A stretch of 64,000 nt of DNA from Candidatus Latescibacterota bacterium. Its GTDB lineage: Bacteria; Latescibacterota; UBA2968. Where the stretch lies: positions 832,001 through 896,000 of the forward strand of contig OZ242320.1 in the NCBI GenBank assembly GCA_965208125.1, written 5' to 3'. Of this stretch, positions 1-8,881 are shown piece after piece. Below the pieces are notes generated by a model. The model was given only the letters and a program-made list of their open reading frames with translations, had not been told where the DNA came from and ran no database searches. The stretch's first letter is position 1. Each line of letters opens with the position of its first letter. The position numbers and the translations under genes were made by a program.

Positions 1-455
1 CGATTGATCGGGGCAATCAAGCCACGCACTTTGTGGCTATAATCGTAAAAACCAAGGCCCAAACCCAGATAAGGCGACCACTTGCGGTCGGACATGGTCT
101 CGGCATTTTCCCTGAAAAACCACAGCCAGTTTGAAGCCACGCTATTCCAGATCATCTCTGAATCGGCTTCGGGACTTGGGACCTGCCGATCTTTGTATTC
201 GAACGTGCGCCCGGGAAGATTGGAATTGCGAAACTTCGAGTAGTGATACTCCACCTCTGTGGTCAAACGCGGAGAAATCACATAACTCACATTCAAGCCG
301 AACTTCAAATCACCAGCATACCAGCCGCTCAAAGGACCTGTTGGCTGGTGATAGTTCACCAATCCGCCAATAGCCCACAGATCTGCATCGCGGGCGTCTG
401 CGGAAGATACAGCAAATAAGAAAACCCCGGCGTACAAAGCTAAAAATCTTTTCAA
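1..455 (-). CDS. Exported outer-membrane beta-barrel-like protein (3' end runs off the window; not in ORF track)
   Basis: Manual translation from TTG at 455 with SD AAGGAGG at 461-467: MKRFLALYAGVFLFAVSSADARDADLWAIGGLVNY...KFGLNVSY...SPYLGLGLGFYDY; signal peptide and alternating beta-strand pattern, open to position 1. Confidence 0.7.
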   Translation of the reverse strand, partial: MKRFLALYAGVFLFAVSSADARDADLWAIGGLVNYHQPTGPLSGWYAGDLKFGLNVSYVISPRLTTEVEYHYSKFRNSNLPGRTFEYKDRQVPSPEADSEMIWNSVASNWLWFFRENAETMSDRKWSPYLGLGLGFYDYSHKVRGLIAPIN

Positions 456-821
456 AAGTGCCTCCTTGGGTTTGGGGTGAGCAAAAAAGAGGGGATAGTA
501 TAATGCCTAATAATTGGCAAGACAAGCGTTTTTTAAAGCACACAACAAGGTTAATCAAGCTTCAAAAAAAGCATTCAAAACCATGGCAAAAATCGAGAAT
601 CTTTTGAGTCTTTTTGTACGGAATTACATATATTTCATTTTAAAACAATAATTTATGGAAATTACAAATTCCAAAAACTTATGAAATATAACGCGAAAAA
701 TAAGATTCTCTAAATCGTCATATTAAACGTAAACAAATAGAAATAAAAGAGTTAAAACAACCTTGTCAACGAAAAGTTTGTTAAAGTTTGTAACAGGGCA
801 ATTATTTTTAATTTATAGGAC

Positions 822-1814
822 TTACATATTCAAAATTCGATCGATCTCTGCCGCATTCAATTTTCTTTCAAAACGCGGACCGTATTTGGCGACAACGCGC
901 GAGGAAACATAAGTCGCGAGCCTCGCGGCCTGAGCCGCGTCATACCCCCGGGTCACAGCAAACAAATACGCCCCGGCAAACGAATCGCCCGCGCCATTGG
1001 TATCCACAGCATCTACCACAAAACCCGGCGCATGCAACGCATCACCACCGTCGCAAACCCGGGCACCGTCAGCACCATACGTCACAACCAAACCACCTAC
1101 GCGATGGCGCAACGCACCAAAAACCTCTTCTGTTGTCTCGGCACCGGTAAATATCCTGCCCTCATCCTCATTGCAAAACAGCATATCCACACCTGCATCG
1201 ACCAATGCTGTCATCCTATCCTTAAAAGCAGCCACAATAGACGGATCGCTCAGGGTAAGCGCGACCTTTGTCCCGCGCTCCTGCGCCACCTTTTGCGCCA
1301 CCTGTGCCGCTTCGAAGCCATCGTCTGCCGCAATCAAATAACCCTCGATATAAATATACTGGCTATCGGCAATCACAGCATCCTCAACCTGCGCCACACC
1401 AAACGTACTCGTAATCCCCAAAAATGTATTCATCGTGCGATCCGCATCCTCCGTAATCATCACCAGACACTTGCCCGTAACCCCTTCCCCGCGATGTGAC
1501 GGATTGCACGCCACCCCCGCAGCACTGAGATCGCGAAGATAAAACGCGCCATCTGCATCCTCAGCCACCTTACATCCGTAATAGCCCTGTCCACCACAAT
1601 TGGCCAACGCGATCATCGTATTGGCTGCCGAACCGCCCGACGAGCGCGCCATCTCCTTCCCGCCCAAAGCATCGATCAACGCGCGCTGGCGATCTCCGTC
1701 AATCAGCGTCATCACACCCTTGTCAATCCCCATCGCCTGAAAAAATGACGGATCAACCTGAAACTGAATATCCACCAGCGCATTGCCCAGCCCATACACA
1801 TCGTATTGACGCAT
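822..1814 (-). CDS. PfkB-family carbohydrate/adenosine kinase
   Basis: GNALVD, SGGSAANT and DTNGAGDSFAG PfkB signatures. Confidence 0.9.
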   Translation of the reverse strand: MRQYDVYGLGNALVDIQFQVDPSFFQAMGIDKGVMTLIDGDRQRALIDALGGKEMARSSGGSAANTMIALANCGGQGYYGCKVAEDADGAFYLRDLSAAGVACNPSHRGEGVTGKCLVMITEDADRTMNTFLGITSTFGVAQVEDAVIADSQYIYIEGYLIAADDGFEAAQVAQKVAQERGTKVALTLSDPSIVAAFKDRMTALVDAGVDMLFCNEDEGRIFTGAETTEEVFGALRHRVGGLVVTYGADGARVCDGGDALHAPGFVVDAVDTNGAGDSFAGAYLFAVTRGYDAAQAARLATYVSSRVVAKYGPRFERKLNAAEIDRILNM

Positions 1815-1912
1815 GACTTCTCCTCTCTCAATGTAATACCCACCTCAATCAAAAATTAAAATTAAAAACTGATATTACGCAATACTCAAGTACAGAGCGG
1901 CACAATTCACAT

Positions 1913-3220
1913 TCATGGATGCAATCTGTTGGGGGTGCGGGACAAAAAGGTCGTCTCGCGCACAGAGGGCAAGTCGAGCATAACCATGAGCAAACGCGAC
2001 AGGCCAAAACCAAATCCCCCGTGCGGAGGACATCCGTACTTAAAAAAATCGAGATAAAACTGGATAACCTCTAAATCCAGCCCCTTCTCTCTCGCCTGCG
2101 CCCTCAGGACATCGGGACGGTGTTCGCGTTGCGCGCCTGTGGTAATTTCCACACCACGATAGAGAAGGTCAAAACTCCTGGTCAAATCAGGATATTCTGG
2201 ATGACGCATGTGGTAAAATGGCCGCACAGACACCGGGTAATCTATCACAAAAACATAATCGCATCCCCGGGTTTTGCGGATATATTCACCTATCAGACGC
2301 TCGCCCTTTGGATCGAGATCGCCTTCCCGCTCTGGCGCGTGGCCCTGTTCAGACAACACTGCCAATGCTTCGGCCATCGTAATCCGCGGAAAAGGCAACG
2401 CTGGCACCGCGAGTTCAACACCGTAATTTTCGGCAATAGCGTCACCGTGTCTTTCTCGCACTGTATAAATGACATGTTGTAGCCATTGTTCTTCAAATGC
2501 CATCACATCCTCGTGACTATCAATCCATGCGATCTCGACATCCACACTCGTAAACTCTGTCGTATGGCGCGAAGTAAATGAGGGATCGGCGCGAAAAACG
2601 GGTGCAATCTCAAACACGCGATCAAAACCTGACGCCATCGCCATCTGTTTGTAAAACTGAGGCGATTGCGCCAGATAAGCTGTGGAATTGAAATACGGCA
2701 GCGCAAACAATTCAGCTCCCGATTCACTGGCTGTGCCCATCAGTTTGGGAGAGTGTATCTCGATAAAATGATTCCGCATCCAGTACTCGCGCATCGCCAT
2801 TTCAACAGTGGTCTGTATCTCAAAAATCAACCGATTGCGCGGAACGCGAAGATCGAGATGCCGCCAATCCAGCCGATGGTCAATACCCGATGCATTTTCG
2901 GAAAACGGATCCAGAGGCAACGGCGATTCAGCTGCATTGACAACACTCAGTTCTGCAAGCTGAATCTCAACACCACCCAGGCGAACACCTGTATTTTCGA
3001 CAACGCGTCCGCTTATGCATATCGCCGATTCTCGCGTAAGAGCAGAAACCCGCTCTGCCAACGCCCCTGTCTTTTCTTGAACGACCTGTACACTTCCCGT
3101 GCGATTTCTCAAAATGAGAAACTGAACATACTTCTGATCGCGCAGGGCATGCACCCATCCGTGAAGCGTAACGGTTTGGCCGATATATTTGGACAGTTCA
3201 GATATTGCTATGTATTTCAT
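1913..3220 (-). CDS. aspS: Archaeal/eukaryal-type aspartate--tRNA ligase, probably non-discriminating (Asp/Asn)
   Basis: 435 aa, no GAD insertion; GWVHALRD, YLAQSPQFYKQ, FRAD..RH, GAQREH, PPHGGFGFGLSR; start moved to ATG 3220 (SD AGGAG just upstream). Confidence 0.9.
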   Translation of the reverse strand: MKYIAISELSKYIGQTVTLHGWVHALRDQKYVQFLILRNRTGSVQVVQEKTGALAERVSALTRESAICISGRVVENTGVRLGGVEIQLAELSVVNAAESPLPLDPFSENASGIDHRLDWRHLDLRVPRNRLIFEIQTTVEMAMREYWMRNHFIEIHSPKLMGTASESGAELFALPYFNSTAYLAQSPQFYKQMAMASGFDRVFEIAPVFRADPSFTSRHTTEFTSVDVEIAWIDSHEDVMAFEEQWLQHVIYTVRERHGDAIAENYGVELAVPALPFPRITMAEALAVLSEQGHAPEREGDLDPKGERLIGEYIRKTRGCDYVFVIDYPVSVRPFYHMRHPEYPDLTRSFDLLYRGVEITTGAQREHRPDVLRAQAREKGLDLEVIQFYLDFFKYGCPPHGGFGFGLSRLLMVMLDLPSVRETTFLSRTPNRLHP

Positions 3221-3248
3221 GACAAACTCCTTTTTGAATTTCAGGCAC

Positions 3249-3285
3249 AAAAAAAGCCCGTTGTCGCATTTTTTCGACAACGGGC
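3249..3285 (-). terminator. Attenuator terminator upstream of aspS
   Basis: mRNA GCCCGUUGUCG-loop-CGACAACGGGC (11 bp) followed by U7. Confidence 0.85.
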
Positions 3286-3316
3286 ACTTTACTCTACGAT
3301 ACTGGCACAAGACGAC

Positions 3317-3406
3317 CTATGCCGGTCCAGCCCGTCGCCGGATCGGATTATTGTCGTCATTATTATTGCCAGAGAACTGAGCGATTTGGAAATAGTGTAT
3401 ATGCAT
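3317..3406 (-). CDS. aspS leader peptide MHIHYFQIAQFSGNNNDDNNPIRRRAGPA
   Basis: 29-codon ORF with seven consecutive Asn/Asp codons; contains CGGCGACGGGC (3330-3340), complementary to the terminator 5' arm. Confidence 0.8.
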   Translation of the reverse strand: MHIHYFQIAQFSGNNNDDNNPIRRRAGPA

Positions 3407-3411
3407 GGGAT

Positions 3412-4149
3412 TTATCCAGTTTTCCTCCCGCCAAAAACAGCGAGTTCAAAAAGCTTAAAATAACAATCTACATCTGAAAAACCAATGTCTCTGAGCCATT
3501 CGCATTGGTCTTCAACAGACGCGAGAATATTCGCCTGTTTGTCATCGCGATAATAATAAGCCCGCGCGATTTCATCGCGAGAAGCGTTTGGATCTCGCCG
3601 CGTGACAGAATCGTAAAGCGCGTCAATAAAGCGATCGGCAAAACGCGACTCAACCCACTTCGACGGAGAGCGGACATGCTCGACATTGACAAACACCCCA
3701 TTGGGAGAAAGCAGATCAAAAATTTCGCCATAAACCTCGCGCTTGCGTTCATCGCTCTGGTGATGAATTGAAAAACCCGACACAATCGCATCATAAGGTG
3801 CGTCATCTGCAACCAGACTGAGCCAATCGGACGTCGCATAATCGCCAATAACAAAACGATGCTGTGACGCCGTTTCCCCAAACCGTTTCCGCGCAGCCTC
3901 GATCATAGCCTCAGAAAAATCCACAAACACGCCGCGTGCATCCGGGTGGTGCTCAATAACCGCAGCGCCGAGTATGCCATCCCCACAACCCAGATCCAGC
4001 ACAGTATTGACCCTGTGATCATCCGCATTGATCACCCGGCACATAACGGCAATCTGCTCATCGGACAGCGGAATTGCCTGCCGAATATTTTTCAAATATT
4101 TCTGCGCCAGATCCCGCGCCTGCCAGGCAGTGTCTTTGCGTTTGTCCAT
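3412..4149 (-). CDS. Class I SAM-dependent methyltransferase
   Basis: VLDLGCGDG motif I, VDFSEAM, YDAIVSGFSIHH; start moved to ATG 4149, just after the ggt stop. Confidence 0.85.
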   Translation of the reverse strand: MDKRKDTAWQARDLAQKYLKNIRQAIPLSDEQIAVMCRVINADDHRVNTVLDLGCGDGILGAAVIEHHPDARGVFVDFSEAMIEAARKRFGETASQHRFVIGDYATSDWLSLVADDAPYDAIVSGFSIHHQSDERKREVYGEIFDLLSPNGVFVNVEHVRSPSKWVESRFADRFIDALYDSVTRRDPNASRDEIARAYYYRDDKQANILASVEDQCEWLRDIGFSDVDCYFKLFELAVFGGRKTG

Positions 4150-4153
4150 GATT

Positions 4154-5734
4154 TCAATACCCCACTGCCAGACCGTCCTTGCGGGGATCGGAAGCCGCGC
4201 AATAGCCATCGTCCAGTTTATAAATGAGCTGCCCCCCGCCATATCCAATAGCCGGTGGAATTTGGATATCGTGTCCTCGAGCGCGAAGATCGTCCAGCAC
4301 ACCGGCATCCACCCTGGGTTCAATCCCCACACCCAAACCCCCAAAAACCTGCCATCGGGGCGCATCACACGCAGCCTGTGGATTCTGACCATAAGCAAAA
4401 ATCCGAATCATCATCTGCGCGTGACCTTGCGGCTGCATATGCCCGCCCATAACGCCGAAAGACATCACCGGTTGGCCCTCCCGGGTCGCAAACGCCGGAA
4501 TAATCGTATGATATGGTCGCTTGTCCCCATCCACGCGATTGGGATGGCCCTCCGTCAAAACAAACCCCGCACCCCGGTTCTGCATGCTAATACCCGTATC
4601 CGGAATCACAATACCAGATCCAAAACCCATATAATTGGACTGAATAAACGAAACCATCATCCCATCTTCATCCGCCGCCGTGAGATAAACCGTATCCCCA
4701 CGCGGCATGCCAAAAGCGGGCATCCCCGCCCTTTTCAAATCAATCAACCTCGCGCGCTGAGCCAGATAATCCGGATCGAGCAACTGCGCGTACTCAACAT
4801 CCCGCGTACCCGGATCAGACACGTACCTGTGCGTATCCGCATACGCCAACTTCATCGCCTCAATCTGAAGATGTAAACTATCTGCCGAATCAACAGCATA
4901 CCCGGACAAATCCCAATTCTCCAGTATCCCCAGCGCAATCAGCGCCGCAATACCCTGACCATTCGGCGGAATTTCGTGCAGCGCATAACCCCCAAAATCC
5001 ATCGTCATCGTATCCACCCAATCTGCCCGATGCGCTGCCAGATCTTCTTCTCTCATCGCACCACCAGTGCGCCTTGCATGCGCCGCGATCTTCTCCGCCA
5101 GATCACCCGAATAAAAAGCCTCTCCTCTTGTCTCCGCAATGCGCTCAAGCGTACGCGCCTGCGCTTCACACACAAATTTCTCACCAATTTTCGGCGCGCG
5201 CCCCCCCGGTGCAAAAGTCGCCATCCAATCGGGCATATCGCCGTAATTATGCACAGCCTGTGCCCAGCTATGTCCCGTAATAGGCGAAACCGCAAAACCA
5301 TCGCGGGCATAGTGAATCGCGGGTTCAAACAACGCCTCGAACGGCAACACGCCAAACCGATCTGAAAGCGCGGCCCACGCCGAAACACAGCCGGGTACAG
5401 TCACGGCATCCCAACCCCTCTGGGGCATCACAGCGTGCCCTGTAAATAAATCGGGCGACCACGCCTTTGGGGAACGCCCCGATGCATTGAGACCGTGTAT
5501 TTGCTCACCATCCCACAAAATGCAAAACGCATCGCTACCTATACCATTCATATTGGGTTCAACAACAGTCAGCGCCATAGCTGTCGCCAGAGCCGCATCT
5601 GCGGCATTGCCACCTTTGAGCAACATCCGCAACCCCGCCTGAGCGGCCAGCGGTTGAGAAGTCGCAACCACATTGCGCGCCATAACGGGCATGCGTTGGG
5701 AAGAATACGGAAAAGACCAGGACAATTCGGGCAT
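4154..5734 (-). CDS. ggt: Gamma-glutamyltransferase family protein
   Basis: GGNAADAA, GDTVYL (catalytic Thr), KRPYHTIIP, GVMGGHMQPQG, ASDPRKDG. Confidence 0.9.
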   Translation of the reverse strand: MPELSWSFPYSSQRMPVMARNVVATSQPLAAQAGLRMLLKGGNAADAALATAMALTVVEPNMNGIGSDAFCILWDGEQIHGLNASGRSPKAWSPDLFTGHAVMPQRGWDAVTVPGCVSAWAALSDRFGVLPFEALFEPAIHYARDGFAVSPITGHSWAQAVHNYGDMPDWMATFAPGGRAPKIGEKFVCEAQARTLERIAETRGEAFYSGDLAEKIAAHARRTGGAMREEDLAAHRADWVDTMTMDFGGYALHEIPPNGQGIAALIALGILENWDLSGYAVDSADSLHLQIEAMKLAYADTHRYVSDPGTRDVEYAQLLDPDYLAQRARLIDLKRAGMPAFGMPRGDTVYLTAADEDGMMVSFIQSNYMGFGSGIVIPDTGISMQNRGAGFVLTEGHPNRVDGDKRPYHTIIPAFATREGQPVMSFGVMGGHMQPQGHAQMMIRIFAYGQNPQAACDAPRWQVFGGLGVGIEPRVDAGVLDDLRARGHDIQIPPAIGYGGGQLIYKLDDGYCAASDPRKDGLAVGY

Positions 5735-5752
5735 AGATCTACATCTCCTATA

Positions 5753-6214
5753 TCAGTTCAAAGTAATTTCTTTTTTAATATCATTCATCAAATCATCGCC
5801 ATCAACAGATGCGCGTAGCGGCTCTGTAAAATTGAGCCGATAACCATTGGGATCTATCACAATAACCTCTCGCGCATTCCACGGGCGATCGTGCGGACCG
5901 GAAACCTGGACATTGCCATCGCGTCGCACCCGTTCGGCAATCGCATCAACCGACTCGCGCAACACCGTAAAATTGAGTGTAACACCCGCGCCCCGAGAGC
6001 TTGAAATCAAAACATTTGGCCCCTCCTCCATCAGAATCAAATCCGCATGGGGTGCCCACCGCAAATGCGACATAATCGGATCGCCATTCGCACCCGGCAT
6101 CTGTGAAATTAGAGAAAAACCGAGCGTATCGCAATACCACCGCGTAGATATATTGAGATCGTGAACCATCAGAGTTGTATAGGACGGCATCTGGTAGTCG
6201 AAATCGGATTCCAC
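5753..6214 (-). CDS. VOC (glyoxalase/bleomycin resistance) family protein
   Basis: LMVHDL..STRWYCDTLGF and PWNAREVIVIDPNGYRLNF VOC motifs. Confidence 0.8.
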   Translation of the reverse strand: MESDFDYQMPSYTTLMVHDLNISTRWYCDTLGFSLISQMPGANGDPIMSHLRWAPHADLILMEEGPNVLISSSRGAGVTLNFTVLRESVDAIAERVRRDGNVQVSGPHDRPWNAREVIVIDPNGYRLNFTEPLRASVDGDDLMNDIKKEITLN

Positions 6215-6256
6215 CTTGCATGTCCTTTCTCCCCGAAGGGATAGATAGCCACCAAC

Positions 6257-6289
6257 AAAAAAACCCGCCGAAGCATCTTCAGCGGGTTC
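6257..6289 (-). terminator. Intrinsic terminator in the leader of the VOC gene (putative attenuator)
   Basis: mRNA AACCCGCUGAAG-AUG-CUUCGGCGGGUU followed by a U-tract, about 40 nt before the VOC start. Confidence 0.8.
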
Positions 6290-6319
6290 GTTTTTTCAAG
6301 ACTATTATGTACTTTACGT

Positions 6320-6502
6320 CTATCGTCTCATTTTGAACCCGCCAATAATATTTTTGTCATTACCCGTGAAAACCGCGAGATTAATGCCACTTTCCGGGCA
6401 CACATGGCCAGTGGTACGGACAAATGACATCTGCACGGATGCACTGATAGCGCAGTTATCCATCATCTGCTGGGTATTATTCTGGTGGGTTACAAAAATC
6501 AT
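6320..6502 (-). CDS. Putative 60-aa leader ORF (MIFVTHQNNTQQMMDN...IIGGFKMRR)
   Basis: Lies between a predicted promoter and the terminator; its 3' end carries UUGGCGGGUUC (6335-6345), complementary to the terminator 5' arm. Confidence 0.45.
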   Translation of the reverse strand: MIFVTHQNNTQQMMDNCAISASVQMSFVRTTGHVCPESGINLAVFTGNDKNIIGGFKMRR

Positions 6503-6544
6503 ATTACTCTCACTATATCTGCGAAATAGAACTGAACGGTGCAG

Positions 6545-6573
6545 AAGATATATCGGGGACACAGTAAAGTCAA
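6545..6573 (-). promoter_or_regulatory. Sigma70-type promoter TTGACT-N17-TATCTT
   Basis: Near-consensus hexamers with 17-nt spacer; same -10 as the ilvB promoter. Confidence 0.65.
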
Positions 6574-6587
6574 GCGGGTTTTTCGCG

Positions 6588-7373
6588 CTAAGGTCGCTTG
6601 CGATGAAAAATGAGATCTGCAAACGCGCCCGTCACCTTACTACCCGTATTATCCGAGTCAGACATGAGATACACACGCACAACCTCTGCGGGTTCTTCAT
6701 CGGGATAAAAGCGCTTGAAATCCCTGTAAAAATTGCGCGACTCTCCAACCCACTGATTCACATTTTGATCTCCGCTCTCTGCCACAATGCGGTACCACTT
6801 ATATTTGACAATTCCCAGCGCAACAGACGTCACCTGTGTCAGCGAAGTCTCTTCGGGTATGGTGCGCGTCCAGAGATAGGCAATCTCCCGCAACTTCCCC
6901 CTATTATTGAGAACAGAAATACCGATCTTAGCTGCAAAATCATCGCCTGATTTCTGAATCTTGCCTTTGTGATCCGCCGTACCACTATCATCAATCGTAT
7001 TGCTGACCCGCCAGCGCCACGAAACATAGGGATACTCAGTTGCAGATATGAGATCATACTGCCCCTGAGCCTGTTTGCGAACATCCTTCCCAAATCCTCT
7101 GGGTGGTCGGTCACAGCGCCTGACCCAATCCTGACTGCGATCAACAGCCAACGCCGTGCCATTCTTTGTCGGCACCTGCCAGAAAAGCGCAGCCGCATGA
7201 TCGCTGCGAATCGCAAACACCCCATCTCGATGTTGCCCCGTAACATTCTCGCCGCAATCGTCCCAATCGCGTCGCAGCCAATCGCTCCCCATATCCACGG
7301 CAACGCGATCCTGCGCTTGCACAACACCTAAAAAAATAAAAAAGCCTATCATAAAAATAATAATGCGAATCAT
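6588..7373 (-). CDS. Exported DUF3047-like protein
   Basis: Signal peptide; YPYVSWRWRV, GDDFAAK and LMSDSDNTG motifs. Confidence 0.7.
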   Translation of the reverse strand: MIRIIIFMIGFFIFLGVVQAQDRVAVDMGSDWLRRDWDDCGENVTGQHRDGVFAIRSDHAAALFWQVPTKNGTALAVDRSQDWVRRCDRPPRGFGKDVRKQAQGQYDLISATEYPYVSWRWRVSNTIDDSGTADHKGKIQKSGDDFAAKIGISVLNNRGKLREIAYLWTRTIPEETSLTQVTSVALGIVKYKWYRIVAESGDQNVNQWVGESRNFYRDFKRFYPDEEPAEVVRVYLMSDSDNTGSKVTGAFADLIFHRKRP

Positions 7374-7519
7374 ATCTACCTTTTGTTGAAATATTGAAAA
7401 CTAATTAAAACCGCTCTTCGAATGTGAATCAAATTCACACCTGTTGTGGAAACACCACAAATAAGCGCGGTTTTCACCGGGATTTTATCCATTATACGCA
7501 CAAATGCAAATTTTATACC

Positions 7520-7554
7520 AAAAAAAAGCGCGACGGGAAAAAACCGCCGCGCTT
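7520..7554 (-). terminator. Intrinsic terminator after the Spy/CpxP-like gene
   Basis: AAGCGCGGCGG/CCGUCGCGCUU stem followed by a U-tract. Confidence 0.7.
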
Positions 7555-7571
7555 ATGAGTTTAAATGTAAA

Positions 7572-7599
7572 GTAGGGGCGAGGCATGCCTCGCCCCTAC
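7572..7599. repeat. GTAG-type REP palindrome
   Basis: Perfect 28-bp palindrome GTAGGGGCGAGGCATGCCTCGCCCCTAC. Confidence 0.8.
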
Positions 7600-7630
7600 A
7601 ATCCGGATGACTTCGTTATGCCGCGATGCA

Positions 7631-8305
7631 CTACATCTCTGATGACTCTTCACTGTGGTGTTCGGACTTCTCTTGCGTCTCGGACTTTTCCTGAGCCTCA
7701 GATTCCTTTTTCATCTGATCGCGATCTCCACCTCGGCGACCACGAAACCAGCCGCGACCTCTAAACCGGGGACCATCATCATCTCTGAAACCCGGACCAC
7801 CGCGACCCCTGAACCCAGGACTGCCACGCCCTCTGAAACCCGGACCACTGCGGCCTCTGAAACCGGGTCCCCCACGCCCGCGAAACTCCAGGCGTCCACC
7901 TCCTCGTCTCTCACCGAGCTTCTCCTTTTGTTCAGCGGTCAGCAAATTTTTAATATCCATACTATGCTGAATTTCGCGCGCCATAATTTTCCCCTGCGCC
8001 GCCGTCACAGCATCGACCTTAGCCTGAATATCCGAAGCCGATGGATTTTCTTCATTGCGAATCGCGCCCAAATCAATCCGCGCCTTTTGGTGTACCGCGC
8101 GCAAATCGACCATCGCCTTTTGATGGGCAGAACGGAGACTGTTCATTTTCTCTTTCTGCTCATCTGTCAACTCCAGCGCCGCCATACCACCGCGCATACC
8201 GCGGCGTTTGCCCCTTTGGGCGTCTGCATGTTTCACAAAAGCGACACTTCCAATAACGCCAATCACAAAAACACCGATAATTGCATAGATAATTTTGCGT
8301 TTCAT
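7631..8305 (-). CDS. Spy/CpxP-family periplasmic protein with RG-rich repeat tail
   Basis: N-terminal hydrophobic export segment; LELTDEQKEK and LLTAEQKEK (LTxxQ) motifs; RGRGGPGF-type repeats. Confidence 0.75.
   Translation of the reverse strand: MKRKIIYAIIGVFVIGVIGSVAFVKHADAQRGKRRGMRGGMAALELTDEQKEKMNSLRSAHQKAMVDLRAVHQKARIDLGAIRNEENPSASDIQAKVDAVTAAQGKIMAREIQHSMDIKNLLTAEQKEKLGERRGGGRLEFRGRGGPGFRGRSGPGFRGRGSPGFRGRGGPGFRDDDGPRFRGRGWFRGRRGGDRDQMKKESEAQEKSETQEKSEHHSEESSEM
7753..7885 (-). repeat. Degenerate 24-nt coding tandem repeat (RGRGGPGF, about 5 copies)
   Basis: RGRGGPGF-RGRSGPGF-RGRGSPGF-RGRGGPGF-RDDDGPRF in translation. Confidence 0.8.
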
Positions 8306-8423
8306 GATACCTGCTCCTTATAGTTAAACAGCAGTTTCCCTGCATGCTGTCTGTTTGTGGTAAAAATCAACAACCCTCGGCTGTGCTCAGGCCGGCATCT
8401 GTTCACAGCGCGAAAGTCGCGAG

Positions 8424-8861
8424 TTATGGTCCTCGGCGGGGACCGGGTGGACGGTCTCCCGGGGGACCTCGTCGGCCGCCACCTCGGCCGCGGAATCCTT
8501 GACGTCTATTTTTTTCCTCAAATTTTGCAAACTGCTCAGGCGTGAGAATCGTCTTCAACTTCTCGCGCAATTTTTGCACCTGCGACCGCATATCTTCGCC
8601 AATTTGTCGGCGCATCGTATCAATCTCGCGCCGATACTCCTGAAATGCAGCCCGCACAGCGCTTTTTTGTTCATCCGACAAAGCGAGATCATCGCTCAAA
8701 CGCTCAATCATGCGATTGTAGTCATAAGGCCGTCCGCGCACCCCAGGTGAGCCGGGTGAGCGCAAAAACTTGCGCTCGACAATAGTACCACACACCAGCC
8801 CAAGGGCAAAAATGCCCAAAAATAAAAGAACGGCCTGTGTGCGAGGAGAAAAAGAAAACAT
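8424..8861 (-). CDS. Membrane-anchored Spy/CpxP-like (LTxxQ) protein
   Basis: N-terminal TM; LALSDEQKSAV and ILTPEQFAKF motifs. Confidence 0.7.
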   Translation of the reverse strand: MFSFSPRTQAVLLFLGIFALGLVCGTIVERKFLRSPGSPGVRGRPYDYNRMIERLSDDLALSDEQKSAVRAAFQEYRREIDTMRRQIGEDMRSQVQKLREKLKTILTPEQFAKFEEKNRRQGFRGRGGGRRGPPGDRPPGPRRGP

Positions 8862-8881
8862 GATAGTCCTTTTGTGGTCGT

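Noticed and set aside
470-820. AT-rich stretch as origin, small gene or foreign DNA
   Set aside because: No DnaA-box cluster or credible ORF; best explained as the promoter region of the outer-membrane protein gene. An AAAGTTTGT direct repeat at 773-791 is too weak to call.
1913-1915. Genome-wide UGA reassignment (code 4 or 25)
   Set aside because: Conserved genes such as aspS, ruvB and yebC end at TGA at their expected C-termini, and Trp is encoded by TGG.
4028-4876. Long antisense ORFs (also 39275-40663, 50574-51728, 53153-54163)
   Set aside because: They lie opposite well-supported genes, lack motifs and have shadow-frame composition.
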